Assembly: GCA_002633005.1 (NCBI GenBank)
Contig: NMRA01000121.1
Location: 40,106 to 104,034, forward strand
Source of the DNA: Phoronis australis
Taxonomy: Eukaryota > Animalia > Phoronida
Reading direction: 5' to 3'
Length of the DNA stretch: 63,929 bases
In this document: one piece after another, positions 1 to 11,607 of the stretch
Layout of the letters: every line of letters begins with the position of its first letter
How positions within the stretch are numbered: the first letter of the stretch is position 1
The notes under the pieces: model-generated
Databases searched by the model: none
Seen by the model: only the letters and a program-made list of their open reading frames with translations
What the model was told of the DNA's origin: nothing
Position numbers and translations under genes: made by a program

Positions 1-1229
1 AGTTTGTAAACCCAATATTAAAGCAATAAGTTCGAGTTTGAACTCGAAATTTCGAGTTTTTACTCGAGTTAGTAGCACGAATATAAGGGTCTTCAAGGGT
101 AAACTTGAACTAGAAACTCCTATGCATAAACTATAATGTATTCGAGCACAGTCTGATAACCAATTATCTTAAGTTCGCACAAAAGGAGCAGAGAAATTGC
201 CAAAAATAGTTTCGAGTTCGTTTCGAGTACAAAGATTAGATACCGGTCCCAGAACTCCGACAATTCATTACTCTGATTGTCTGCTAACGAGTCGGAACTG
301 ACTTGAGAAAAGTATTGTATTTGTGTCCATTTAGTAACTATTTTAAGGGTGTGCAAAAGTTGAATAGTTCTAAAAACACTGATGACAGTGTTTACAAATG
401 AGCTCAGTTTTGACTGCCAATCGTGAATCTTCAATCTAACTAACGACTCGTTCAGTCTTAATCAGGAACAACGGGGTCAGTTTCAGCGACCATAGCGGTG
501 GTTTTAAATTTAAGAAGACTGAATGGGACTCTCTGACTTCGTGAAGACTGACAGGCACAGGGTAGCCTACTAACTGCATTTAGCTCAGTTTGGAACCGGC
601 CATGCGCGTGGTTCCGATGGGTGACTGGAGTTTGAGGCGCAGACGGCGGCCCTAAACTATCATAGTCACGCTATAAAATGATGCGACCTTGACATGAATT
701 TGATTAATGTATCGTGGTTGATAATTCATCAATATACCTTCTTCATATTCTTTTAAAAATTCAAGTACGTAGGCCTACTCATTTTCCGTATTCGAAAGAC
801 ATGCGGGCAACGATTTCGCATGCGCTGAAATCCGGGCGTTGTTTGAGCATCGATACACCACCTAGTGCATCTAATAACTTGAAATGTCGTTTATTTTTGC
901 AGGTAGAAGTTTACACGCAATCCGAAATTTTAGATCTTTTTGGAGTAATGAACCGTCGGAATAGTGAACCTTCAGAGTAATGAATATTTGGAATACTGGG
1001 CTGTTCCCCGCCATTTCTAGTGATTTAAGCAAGTTAAGTAACACGCAAAATACAACCAGATCAAAATATTCAAGTCCATCATTCTTCGATTAAATATTTT
1101 CGTCCGAGTTTGTAATGAGGTGCAATCACTCATTTAAGCACAACCTGTTGCCAAGTTTGGCGGGGGGGGGGTAACGCGGGAATGTTAATTTTCTTTCTGG
1201 ACTACATTATATCCGAATTTGGGCCCCGC

Positions 1230-1410
1230 TTTGTGAGCAACCGTCAGGGCATCCTCATTTCTGGTATTACGAATTCCGTCTGCTCTTGGGAACATAGAGC
1301 TGAGAGTCGTTAAGCTGTGTCAAGGGCCTTAACAGTGTCGACGTTTGCAAAATATCAGAGGTCCACTAGAAATTCGAACCACCCCCCGCGCATTTCTGGC
1401 TACGGCCGGG
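1230..1410 (-). mobile_element. Possible degraded tRNA-derived SINE
   Basis: The minus strand has a B-box-like GGTTCGAAT (~1372-1380) followed by ctgttaaggcccttgacacagcttaac, which resembles SINE body motifs. Boundaries are approximate. Confidence 0.3.
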
Positions 1411-1644
1411 CCTGTCGGGAGTAACAAAAGTCGTGACTAAACACCTATGACTACGACAGTACAATGTGTGGATCTGAGCGATGTGTGGATGACGTCATCC
1501 ATACATTGCGCAGGTCCATACATTGGGTACTGCGAACTGTACCCACAGTCCACTGGAGGCGGACACTGTTTGAGTTCCAGTTCCTAACTGATTACTCTGC
1601 AAACCGTATACATTCAGCCAATACCTCAATAGTGAACCGTCGAC

Positions 1645-1675
1645 ATGGAAGTATCAGCCAAAGCATTTAGAAAAG
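1645..1675 (+). CDS. GSTO: GST omega coding exon 1 ([10 protein letters not shown] + G)
   Basis: ATG at 1645 and strong donor G|gtgagt at 1676. Phase 1 fits the acceptor at 4649. The short first exon resembles the N-terminal extension of omega GSTs. Confidence 0.75.
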
Positions 1676-4600
1676 GTGAGTATGGTTCCAGGTTTAAAGA
1701 TGCGAGTAATCTTCACTGAGGAACAATGAAATCGTAACTACACACCTTTACGTTACCTACAAATTTTCAGGACACTCGAAGACCAGATTTGCTAGTGCGT
1801 ATATGAAACTGTTCTGTATGTCTCGGTTAGGACATGGCTGGGCCACTTGTGCGCATTTCGTGAATGAGTGCCTCGCCCAGCTTCCCAGGTAGACTTGTTA
1901 ACAGCAAGGTACTGATTCAGTGGCCATCGCAGGCAGATCTACGAGGTACATTATTAAATGTTGCACACTATGTTGGTAATTCACACCTGTTGAAAGACAA
2001 AACAGTTTTATAGTGCATATTTAGAGGAAAGTATCGAGTACAAGCGTTTTGATGGAGATCGACGACGGAGAAAGGGTTTTCTTACTGTAGAAATTCATTG
2101 ATTAGCTATGCGGTCAAGCCATTGAGATATTCAATATAGTTAAGCTCATGTAGACTATTCATTCCGGACTAGAACGCTCTTTCAAACTGAGTGAATAAAG
2201 AACAATATAGGTCAAACCCTTTACTTGCTTCACAAATGTTCATGGAACTTGCATATGGCGCGTGCATGAATTACGACAGACACTAAGGTGGTGGTCATTG
2301 CTTTCTCTGCGGGCAACCTTTAATACTCGCGTCAACATTTGTTGTAAAGAACTCCGTAGATTACCGTGTAGCAACAGATGTTTTAATGTACAAGTTGTGC
2401 ACGATGACTTGCAGTACGAGGGATTGTTATCATATTGGAATACAGAGCAAGGTAGATTTTATAAGGGTACATTATATTGACTTTGAAATATAGGTATTTC
2501 ACGATTACGTTCGTGGGCGATGCTGTAGACTCGGTTATCAAACACGTTGTCTAATGATAACAACTTTTGTTATGTAATACATAATGCACGCTGTGGATTT
2601 ATCTATATAGTATTAAGCAACTAGTGATGTCCGAGACTGACCAGTCAGTACTAGAAGGTTGTTCAAGATGAAATTTATTTGCCCTTCATATTCTAAACAT
2701 TATGTAGGCCTACTGAGATGTCCTCACGATGAAGTCTTCTTAGATCGTAATGCTGCTCACGCACTGAGGTAGTGGCGAAGACGTCTACGCAACGCAGGCC
2801 AGGATTGAATTTCATAGCTTCGCCAAGAAACGAGCGAAAAACGCAAGATAACCAAGACTTCGCAATTCCTGTATGATCACGCACTGCAGGCCACTAAAAT
2901 TCTCCCAGATTCCATTTGGCAGTTCGGGGGTGCGAATGTGTGACGGGCAAAATCCTGCCTAATACTCTGCCCTGNGGGTTTTCTTACTGTAGAAATTCAT
3001 TGATTAGCTATGCGGTCAAGCCATTGAGATATTCAATAGAGTTAAGCTCATGTAGACTATTCATTCCGGACTAGAACGCTCTTTCAAACTGAGTGAATAA
3101 AGAACAATATAGGTCAAACCCTTTACTTGCTTCACAAATGCTCATGGAACTTGCATATGGCGCGTGCATGAATTACGACAGACACTAAGGTGGTGGTCAT
3201 TGCTTCCTCTGCGGGCAACCTTTAATACTCGCGTCAATATTTGTTGTAAAGAACTCCGTAGATTACCGTGTAGCAACATGTTTTAATGTACAAGTTGTGC
3301 ACGATGACTTGCAGTACGAGGGATTGTTATCACTTTGGAATACAGAGCAAGGTAGATTTTATAAGGGTACATTAAATTGACTTTGAAATATAGGTATTTC
3401 ACGATTACGTTCGTGGGCGATACTGTAGACTCGGTTATCAAACACGTTGTCTAGTGATAACAACTTTTGTTATGTAATACATAATGCACGCTGTGGGTTT
3501 ATCTACATGTATATAGTATTAAGCAACTAGGTGATGTCCGAGACTGACCAGTCAGTACTAGAAGGTTGTTCAAGATGAAATTTATTTGCCCTTCATATTC
3601 TAAACATTATGTAGGCCTACTGAGATGTCCTCACGATGAAGTCTTCTCAGATCGTAATGCTGCTCACGCACTGAGGTACTGGCGAAGACGTCTACGCAAC
3701 GCAGGCCAGGATTGAATTTCATAGCTTCGCCAAGAAACGAGCGAAAAACGCAAGATAACCAAGACTTCGCAATTCCTGTATGATCACGCACTGCAGGCCA
3801 CACTAGGTCAGTGCATCTAAAGGAACGTACACCACTGGCGGATTTAGAAGAGGGCCATGACCTCCCTAAAATTCTCCCAGAGATTCCATTTAATTGGCAG
3901 TTCGGGGGTGCGAATGTCTGACGGGCAAAACCTTTACTAATACTCNCCTGGATCCGCCCCTGAACGCAGCCCGGATCTATCCTCTTTATCACCTTGTACA
4001 ATTCTGTAAAGATAATGCGTCAAGGCGCCTGGTTAATTAACGAAACAAAATAATTAATACTCGGGGATTCCGATTGATTGGAAAATAACATTCAAGGCAT
4101 CCCGATTGAGGAATGCATTTGAGGCTTGTGCGGCTGCAGCCACGAGAAGAGACTGGCGGAAAGCATTCCTCGGAAGTTCGAAATTTTTACTGTTTTACAA
4201 TGTGTCAAACAAATTCACAATTCACTATACGTTTCATTATCATTCCCGTACCTATCGTATACAGGGAAAATGCCCAAACCAAAGCGTGGACACGGTTAAT
4301 TTATTGTGTATATCCTTCATCATCTTTTCACACAGGGTCTGCGAAGACTAAAGAATCGTGCAAAAATCCAAGACTTCGCGAGATACGCACCTATGCCATA
4401 GCCCGTTGATTGGCCAGAACCGTTGCGGCGAATCAAGTGCTTTTTTTCTTTCCCCAATGATAAAGACGAGTGCATTGCTCAGAATGTTCGGTTTTTGAAG
4501 TCGGTAACGAAACATACCACTTTACCTTTGTCAGTAAGCACATCAAAAATAAAAGTGATTTTCAATATCATGTACAGCGAAGGAAAGACTTTAGAGGGCG

Positions 4601-7600
4601 TCCTTTTAAAATGTGATGCACTGACATGTCCCTTTCGTTTAATTTCAGATACACCAGAACCAGCACTTCAGCCGGCCAAACTGCGACTCTATAGCATGAG
4701 ATTTTGCCCATATGCGCAAAGAACAAGACTAGTTTTGGCGCACAAAGGAATCATGTAAGAATGGTATTTGTTTGTTTGCGTCCATTTTAGTTCATGTGAT
4801 AACTTCATTTTCAAATGTAACGATTTTATATACGCAGTGCTGTAGTGGTAAAATTAGAGGTAAGTAGGCGCCCAAAGCCCACGGTATCACCTCGAGCACT
4901 GAACGTAACTTACGGAGCGCAGGCGCTACGTTCAAATGCCAAAAGGCTGCGCCTACGTGCGCCTACGCCCCACTACAGCACTGTATATACGGTAATTCCC
5001 GTTTAGCAGCTCTGACAACATCGAGCTTCACTTGGACCATATACTGTAAATTATTTTGAGATTGTAGCCGGCGGCTCATCACTAGAGTAAAGACCGTTGT
5101 TACTTTCCTAGACGGGATTTGGAATACTGAAACCAAAAACCACACTGTGTGTCCTGCCCATTCAGGTGCATGGGTAGTCCACTGCGAATCATAAAAGACT
5201 GGGAAAAAGAAATGAAAGAGAGGACACAAACAGTGACGGCAGATCAGTCGTCTTTTAAAATGACTCAACCGTTACCGTGTATCACGATTTGTTATCACTG
5301 TAACAAAGTCTGTATCACCCAATCCCATAAACGCAGGAACGCATGACCAAAGATGCTGATGAGAGCAAAATCCAGAAAGTGAGGATAGGCTATCTCTCTG
5401 TACCGTCATACGCAATTCGTTTCAGCGAAACCGTCTAGGTTCTTGGAATGACTGCAACTGTTATGGCTGATTAGAGAAACCCAAGACTAGGTTTTACAAC
5501 CCAAGACACTCGGGGTGATTTGTGATTGAAAATCTTCACCTATTGCCCTGTTTACGTTTTGCAATTTGTGCAAGGTCACTCATCCAGACAAAATGTTGCT
5601 GAAAATAATGTAATAGTATGTTCTGTGTTTCGTGGGTTGGTTTCACTCAGGTTCGGGTGACCGGAATCTCCCAATCCATTGCAATATGACGTGTCCATGC
5701 CGTCTGTCTGTATGGACAAAAGTCAATGGAACTGCAACCGCGAATTTTGTGGGACCAGCCTCTTCAGTGGTGGTTGTTTTGCTACTTACATGTATACGGT
5801 CTCCAGTTTTTTGTCGCGAAACACTCACTCGTTGAAAATTGCTCTAAGGAACACAGATCAGGAATGGACGTTTTAATTACATTTTAGTTACGAGACGGTA
5901 AATATCAACCTGAGGGACAAACCAGATTGGTTTTTAAAGAAAAATCCTCTTGGCAAGGTTCCCGTACTGGAAGTGGATGGAAAGATCGTGTCCGATTCTT
6001 CAATAGGTTGCGACTACTTAGACGAAGTGTATGATGAGAATTGTCTTACACCGAAAGATCCATATGCAAAGGCAAAGCAGCGGATGCTGGTGGAGATGTA
6101 CGGAACGAAGGTACGTGAGCTATGTGGTATTCACTGAGAGAGAAAATAAACCATCGTCATGTTTGAACTGCATCTTGCGGCCTAAACTCCAGAAGAGAAT
6201 CAAGTTTATCATAGTTAAGTCTTTCAAAGAGTGCCACTGAGTCTTTTGCTAAGCAGGTTATCGTGATATATCTTCCTTGATATTGAAAGGGGTTCGTTTT
6301 TGACTTCTGATTAGTATTTAGAATTTACTCGTTGTTTCACCATTGCCATCAAGATAATCAGTTAAACGTCTTTAACTAATGTTTTTCAGGTTTGGTTGGC
6401 ATGAAAAATGATCCAATAAAGAGAACTGAAAAAGGGGTTGTAAAGGGATTGGCATTAAAGATTTTATAAAACCACTTAAACTGTTCTAGACAGTAGTCTC
6501 ACTGACTTACTTTAACCAATAGTGTTTTGGGGAAGAATTGTTGCCGGAAAATTACATCTTGTGTAATCATAACTTTTTACATTCTGGAGGTCTTTTTTTC
6601 TTGCGGTATTCGTTCTCAAAATATTACGAATTTATTTTGGTCTTAATAGCTTGGTTATTTCGCTCAAATCTGGGATACTGATAATTATGAACAATTTCAA
6701 TATTAGTCAATCTCGTATAATAACAAGTGTTAATAAGGCAACGGTCTTTTCACAGTACTTGGTAAAAAGGACATTGCTTATATTCATTGTTTGCTTGGCT
6801 CTTACGCAACATCCTTGTCTCTCCCATATTGTTCTTGAACTCGTTTCTCGTCCGTCCAATTTTTGGAAATCTGTGTTCGGCGGCAAAAATTATTAGCCAT
6901 GAGCTGTTTTTTTAAAGGACGATTGCAACATTTGTAAAGCACGGCTCCAGGTAGCTGTTGGTTGTAGAACGATACACTTGAGTCTGGATCTTGGCTGCCT
7001 TGGGATCTTGAGAATATTTGTCCGAGATTTCCTGAAACTACTAAAGCCTTCGTGAGCTCGGTCGCATTATCTTCCTCTGACAGTATGCAATTGGTTCCAT
7101 GTACATGTACAACTAGTCAGCAGTTTTGTCCGAAATAAGTTCATTATCTGCCAAACCTTCTTTAGTATAGATGCCACGTCCAAAATCGACTGGAGAGTGA
7201 GTCCTACGTGTACGTTAATACAAAGTTTGCAAGTCTCCATTCACCTTCGGGGAGGGCCCTCAATATTAACACTAGAGGGACTGCTCCAAAAGCAACAGAT
7301 GATCAACCCCATCCCCCAGCCCATATGAATATAGGTAGACCCACTTTCGGGTGAGGCGTCTATATGAATGTGCGTTTGTGTCATTTTAATAAGAATAAGT
7401 CATTTTATGTAACAACAAGCTATTTTTTTTAGTTTAAAAAACAATCCATTATTAACTTTGGGGAGATTCAATATACATTTACTGTGTTTGGTAGGATAGC
7501 TTTCTTCCAACGTAAGCTAAGGGTCACACGTGCAACGATGTTTCCCAAAGTTCAAAATTTCATGACAGTAAGGGGCCTTAGCTTTGAATGTATTTCACAC

Positions 7601-10600
7601 GGCGGACTTGGACACTTTTTCATACGGTAATCAAACTTTTTAGGTTATTCCGAATTTCTACGCCGTGTGGAGTGCATGGGCCAGTAAGGATCAAGCAGAC
7701 AAACTACAAGAAGCGAAACAAAAATTGACTGAAGGACTGAAAATGTTAGAGGAATCCTTGGAAGGAGATTACTTTGGAGGTAAAAGTGACTACATTTGTT
7801 CCGTTATTGCTGGAAATTCATTTAGACTAGCTCATCGCTACCTCCAAGAGTTGGTATAGTGTATAATTGCCTGGAGCACGCTTTCTATCAAATAATATTT
7901 GGACTATTTTCCCCTATATGTTTGACCTCAGTTTGGAAATAAGCGTGTACTCGTCAAGCTGTTGCTCGGTACCTGTCTCAGTAAGGTGACTCTGTCCTCT
8001 CAGTGGCGGATCTAGGATATCACAAGGGGGGCCCAACATTTTGTCCGGCTGTAAGCATTTGCGCAAACTGAACCACGATTGTATATGCGCATAGCACCGA
8101 ATGGGGGGAGGTCGGGAGGGGGGTTTGCCCCCCTCCCGCCCAGGAAATTTTTCTGTTTTTTCCTCTAAAAATCAAGCATTTTCCTTGATTTCTGATGTAT
8201 TATCCAAGAAAACAAGGAAAAAAAAAACACAGGAAAAATTGCNTCTGTGTTCGGCGGCAAAAATTATTAGCCATGAGCTGTTTTTTTAAAGGACGATTGC
8301 AACATTTGTAAAGCACGGCTCCAGGTAGTTGTTGGTTGTAGAACGATACATTTGAGTCTGGATCTTGACTGCTTTGGGATCTTGAGAATATTTGTCCGAG
8401 ATTTCCTGAAACTACTAAAGCCTTCGTGAGCTCGGTCGCATTATCTTCCTCTGACAGTATGCAATTGGTTCCATGTACATGAACAACTAGTCAGAAGTTT
8501 TGTCCGAAATAAGTTCATTATCTGCCAAACCTTCTTTAGTGTAGATGCCACGTCCAAAATCGACTGGAGAGTGAGTCCTACATGTATGTTAATACAAAGT
8601 TTGCAAGTCTCCATTCACCTTTGGGGAGGGCCCTCAATATTAACACTAGAGGGCTTGCTCCAAAAGCAACAGATGATCAACCCCATCCCCCAGCCCATAT
8701 GAATATAGGTAGACCCACTTTCGGGTGAGGCGTCTATATGAATGTGTGTTTGTGTCATTTTAATAAGAATAAGTCATTTTATGTAACAACAAGCTAATTT
8801 TTTTAGTTTAAAAAACAATCCATTATTAACTTTGGGGAGATTCAATATACATTTACCGTGTTTGGTAGGATAGCTTTCTTCTAACGTAAGCTAAGGGACA
8901 CACGTGCAACGATGTTACCCAAAGTTCAAAATTTCATGACAGTAAGGGGCCTCAGCTGTGAACGTATTTCACATACGGTAATCAAACTTTTTAGGTTATC
9001 CCTAATTTCTACGCCGTGTGGAGTGCATGGGCCAGTAAGGATCAAGCAGACAAACTACAAGAAGCAAAACAGAAATTGACTGAAGGACTGAAAATGTTAG
9101 AGGAATCCTTGGAAGGAGATTACTTTGGAGGTAAAAGTGATTACATTTGTTCCGTTATTGCTGGAAATTCATTTAGACTCAGCTCATCGCTACCTCCAAG
9201 AGTTGGTATAGTGTATAATTGCTTTGAGCACGCTTTCTATCAAATAATATTTGAACTATTTTGCCCTATATGCTTGACCTCAGTTTTTCTGTTTCTCAGA
9301 TCAGATTTTTGCGCTTTGGAAATAAGCGTCGACTCGTTAAGCTGTTGCTCGGTACCTGTCTCAGTAAGGTGACTCTGTCCTCTGGATCCTTTTATGCGCT
9401 GAGCATTATCTCAAGAGTTCTTCTTAAGCCAACACGTCACTTCCGATCTTGGCATGAAACAGGAAGAGACCAGTTTTATAGAAGTAGGTTCCGTTTTAGA
9501 CAAAAAGAGCGTTGATATGGCAGTCAGACGGTCAAAGCTTGATAAGTCTTTTAAATAAAATTCTGACACCAAAGTCATTTTGAAAGCCAGCAACACATCA
9601 CAGTCACCTAAAACTATCACTGAGGTTGAAAAGCTGAAAATGTGCCAAGTTATTATTGTCGGGATTATTCTCTTTAGACTTGCCTTGTGACAATGAGTTT
9701 GCCACGTATGTCATAGTTGGTCATTAAGTAAGATGAACCACTCAAGCACTGGTTTATGTCTTGCTAATATGGTTTTCAGTAGCCAATTTGAAACTAGGTT
9801 ACATACAGAAAGCAACTCCCTGCATGTCTTTTTCAAGGGAAACCATTTGTGATTGAAACGATTGTTTGTTTAAATTGGTAATCAAATAAATTGGTAAGTT
9901 TAACTACACACAAATTCTGTAGTTGATGCCTAAGACCTATTTACACAACGTAATTTAACTTTGCAATATTAGGTATAGAGCGGCGTGTATATTTATTTAA
10001 AATTTACGAGTGGTAAGTAGTCAGTGAAAATATTGAAGATAGTATCTGGCAATTTCGTTCGATTCATTAGATTGTGTACGTTTCACATTGGGATTCGCCA
10101 GTAAACTTGTTTTTTCGTTTCACAGAATGTACCTCAAATAACCGTCTCTTACCAAGATAATAGTTCGCAATTCGCTAATGGCCATTCATCTTAGGCGGGC
10201 TGAAAAAGGCTTGTGTCATGGTCTTCACAACGCGAAACTTTAAAATTAGCTTAAACCATAATATGCATTTTCTGAACATTCAAATAAAAGTTCACACTCG
10301 GTAGCAGTGCTGAAGAAATAACGTAAGTGAATACCTGAACCTATTACATAAGTTCTCGTGTAAAGCCATCGCATTACATGTAAAATTATGCACTTTCTTA
10401 GAACACTGAAAAATGCAACGTTCTTGCTGACAATCAGCCATGCTAGATTATATCACAAGTAATAACGTATTGACTGACTAAAAGTTAATTTGAATAATAA
10501 AATGTTACAATAGAAAAATATGTCGATAGTTGTTTCTTGGGGAAATTCAAAATTGTGTGGCCATTTATTGGAATATAAACCTGTAAGACATAACCTTATT

Positions 10601-11607
10601 TGTGAGAAATTATGGTATGCAGTGACAAGCTCAAAGTTTTTCAATGCACGGGAGAACTACAACTAAATTTGTGATATGAAGTTTAAGTCACTTTCAACGA
10701 AACATTCCACCAGAAATCTTGTTCTTCAATCAGTGTACAACGTAGTCATTAAACTGCGAGCATGTGTCAACTGTCCACGGTAGTGTACGAATATATCTGT
10801 GCTGGATGTGACTCCAGTTACATTGACGACACTATTCTCCATTGAGAACCCAGACCAGGGAACATCTAAATTCTGACAGAATTTCACATACAAATAGTCA
10901 TCTGCAGAGCTCCAATCATTGTTATGAGCAGTGCTCTTTCAATGAGTTTGCTACATTACTAATGGGCAATGGGCTACCTCAATGAATCGACCAAGCAAAA
11001 ACAACAACGGAGCTGAAAATTCTTAAGGCTCTGCAAGCACAGTATCAATAGACAACCGATACGCCACAGGTTGTGGTTGTTAGTCTAGTTTATGTACTTG
11101 CGTATAATTGAACATGGATTTCTTTGTATTGTACTGTTTAGTCCAGACACAATGCCTCTTGGCGCTTTTTGTGTCTACTTATTTATTGTAGGACCTATTG
11201 ACTGTTTCATAATAAACATTCAAAAAATAATTGTTAGTCCAGTCTACTATTACTCCCATGTAATTGACTGTGTCTATGTATGGCTACTTGTTATTGGGCC
11301 TGGCAAGGTGGCCACCTTTAAATTCCGAGGACGGTGTTAAACGCGAGTACAATTTGAGGTCTCACTTTCTTTTATAGGCGAGGCTGTTGGAATGTCAGAT
11401 TTTCTCGTGTGGCCGTGGTTAGAAGCATTAAAGAATAACAAAATTGGCGACCACGACTTCTTCGCAGAGCTGCCGAAGCTAGCTTCTTACGCAGAAAGAA
11501 TGCTTCAACTGAGAGCTGTTAAAGAGACCATGACAGACACGAAGGCACTACACGAATTTCACAAGACCTTTGCAGACGGCATGCCAAACTATGACGCCGG
11601 TCTATGA
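1645..11607 (+). CDS. GSTO: Glutathione S-transferase omega class, whole gene: join(1645..1675,4649..4754,5888..6110,7644..7779 [or duplicate 8995..9130],11378..11607), 241 aa
   Basis: Spliced translation [74 protein letters not shown]...GMSDFLVWPWLE...PNYDAGL*. It has the omega-class YSMRFCP(F/Y) active-site Cys motif, KPxWF, the cis-Pro VP motif and DxxxWPW. All introns are GT-AG with matching phases; the 726 nt total is divisible by 3. Confidence 0.93.
2074..3950. repeat. Near-identical tandem duplication (2074-2974 / 2976-~3950) joined at a single N; probable haplotype duplication
   Basis: Copy 2 starts gggttttcttactgtag immediately after the N at 2975, matching 2074. The copies differ by scattered SNPs and indels. 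Confidence 0.85.
3833..3962. mobile_element. Short non-autonomous TIR element (CASTGGCGGAT / ATCCGCCCCTG family)
   Basis: Ends are cactggcggatttag and ctggatccgcccctg. The interior matches the reverse complement of ~17590-17679. Confidence 0.6.
4649..4754 (+). CDS. GSTO: GST omega exon 2 (active-site FCPY)
   Basis: Acceptor tttcag|AT; encodes [35 protein letters not shown]; donor AT|gtaaga. Confidence 0.95.
4835..4983. mobile_element. hAT-type MITE, 149 bp
   Basis: TIRs CAGTGCTGTAGTGG / CCACTACAGCACTG and a perfect 8-bp TSD TATATACG (4827-4834, 4984-4991). A second copy lies at 49228-49394. Confidence 0.85.
5888..6110 (+). CDS. GSTO: GST omega exon 3
   Basis: Acceptor ttttag|T; encodes [74 protein letters not shown]; donor |gtacgt. 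Confidence 0.95.
7644..7779 (+). CDS. GSTO: GST omega exon 4, copy A
   Basis: Acceptor ttttag|GTT; encodes VIPNFYAVWSAWASKDQADKLQEAKQKLTEGLKMLEESLEGDYFG; donor G|gtaaaa; 136 nt. Confidence 0.85.
8001..8242. mobile_element. Left end of a CAGTGGCGGATCTAG-type non-autonomous DNA element, truncated by N
   Basis: Starts cagtggcggatctagg exactly where copy B continues with the empty site (ctgtcctct|ggatcc). Confidence 0.7.
8995..9130 (+). CDS. GSTO: GST omega exon 4, copy B (same peptide as copy A)
   Basis: Same splice sites and peptide as 7644..7779, with only synonymous differences (ATT CCG/ATC CCT, GCG/GCA, CAA/CAG). Lies in the duplicated block that starts at the N at 8243. Confidence 0.85.
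11378..11607 (+). CDS. GSTO: GST omega terminal exon 5
   Basis: Acceptor tttatag|GC; encodes EAVGMSDFLVWPWLEALKNNKIGDHDFFAELPKLASYAERMLQLRAVKETMTDTKALHEFHKTFADGMPNYDAGL, then TGA. Confidence 0.95.

Larger units (their letters stand above)
6870..9383. repeat. Near-identical tandem duplication (6870-8000 / 8244-9383) containing GST exon 4, joined at a single N
   Basis: Copy 2 begins tctgtgttcggcggc directly after N 8243, matching 6870. Both copies end in gactctgtcctct. Confidence 0.9.

Noticed and set aside
4423-4648. Upstream in-frame extension of the GST exon 2 ORF, including ATG MYSEGKTLEG at ~4570
   Set aside because: No phase-compatible GT donor links it to the strong acceptor at 4648. 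The exon at 1645-1675 has a consensus donor, the right phase and gives a typical 241-aa protein.
5356-5375. Other CTGANGA words (also ~18951, ~37580, ~38532, ~38922) as hammerhead cores
   Set aside because: None is followed by a stem II plus GAAA at the proper spacing.
10720-10940. ~70-codon open stretch on the minus strand and a YIDD string on the plus strand
   Set aside because: No surrounding RT or transposase motifs can be recognised; it cannot be distinguished from chance or very old debris.
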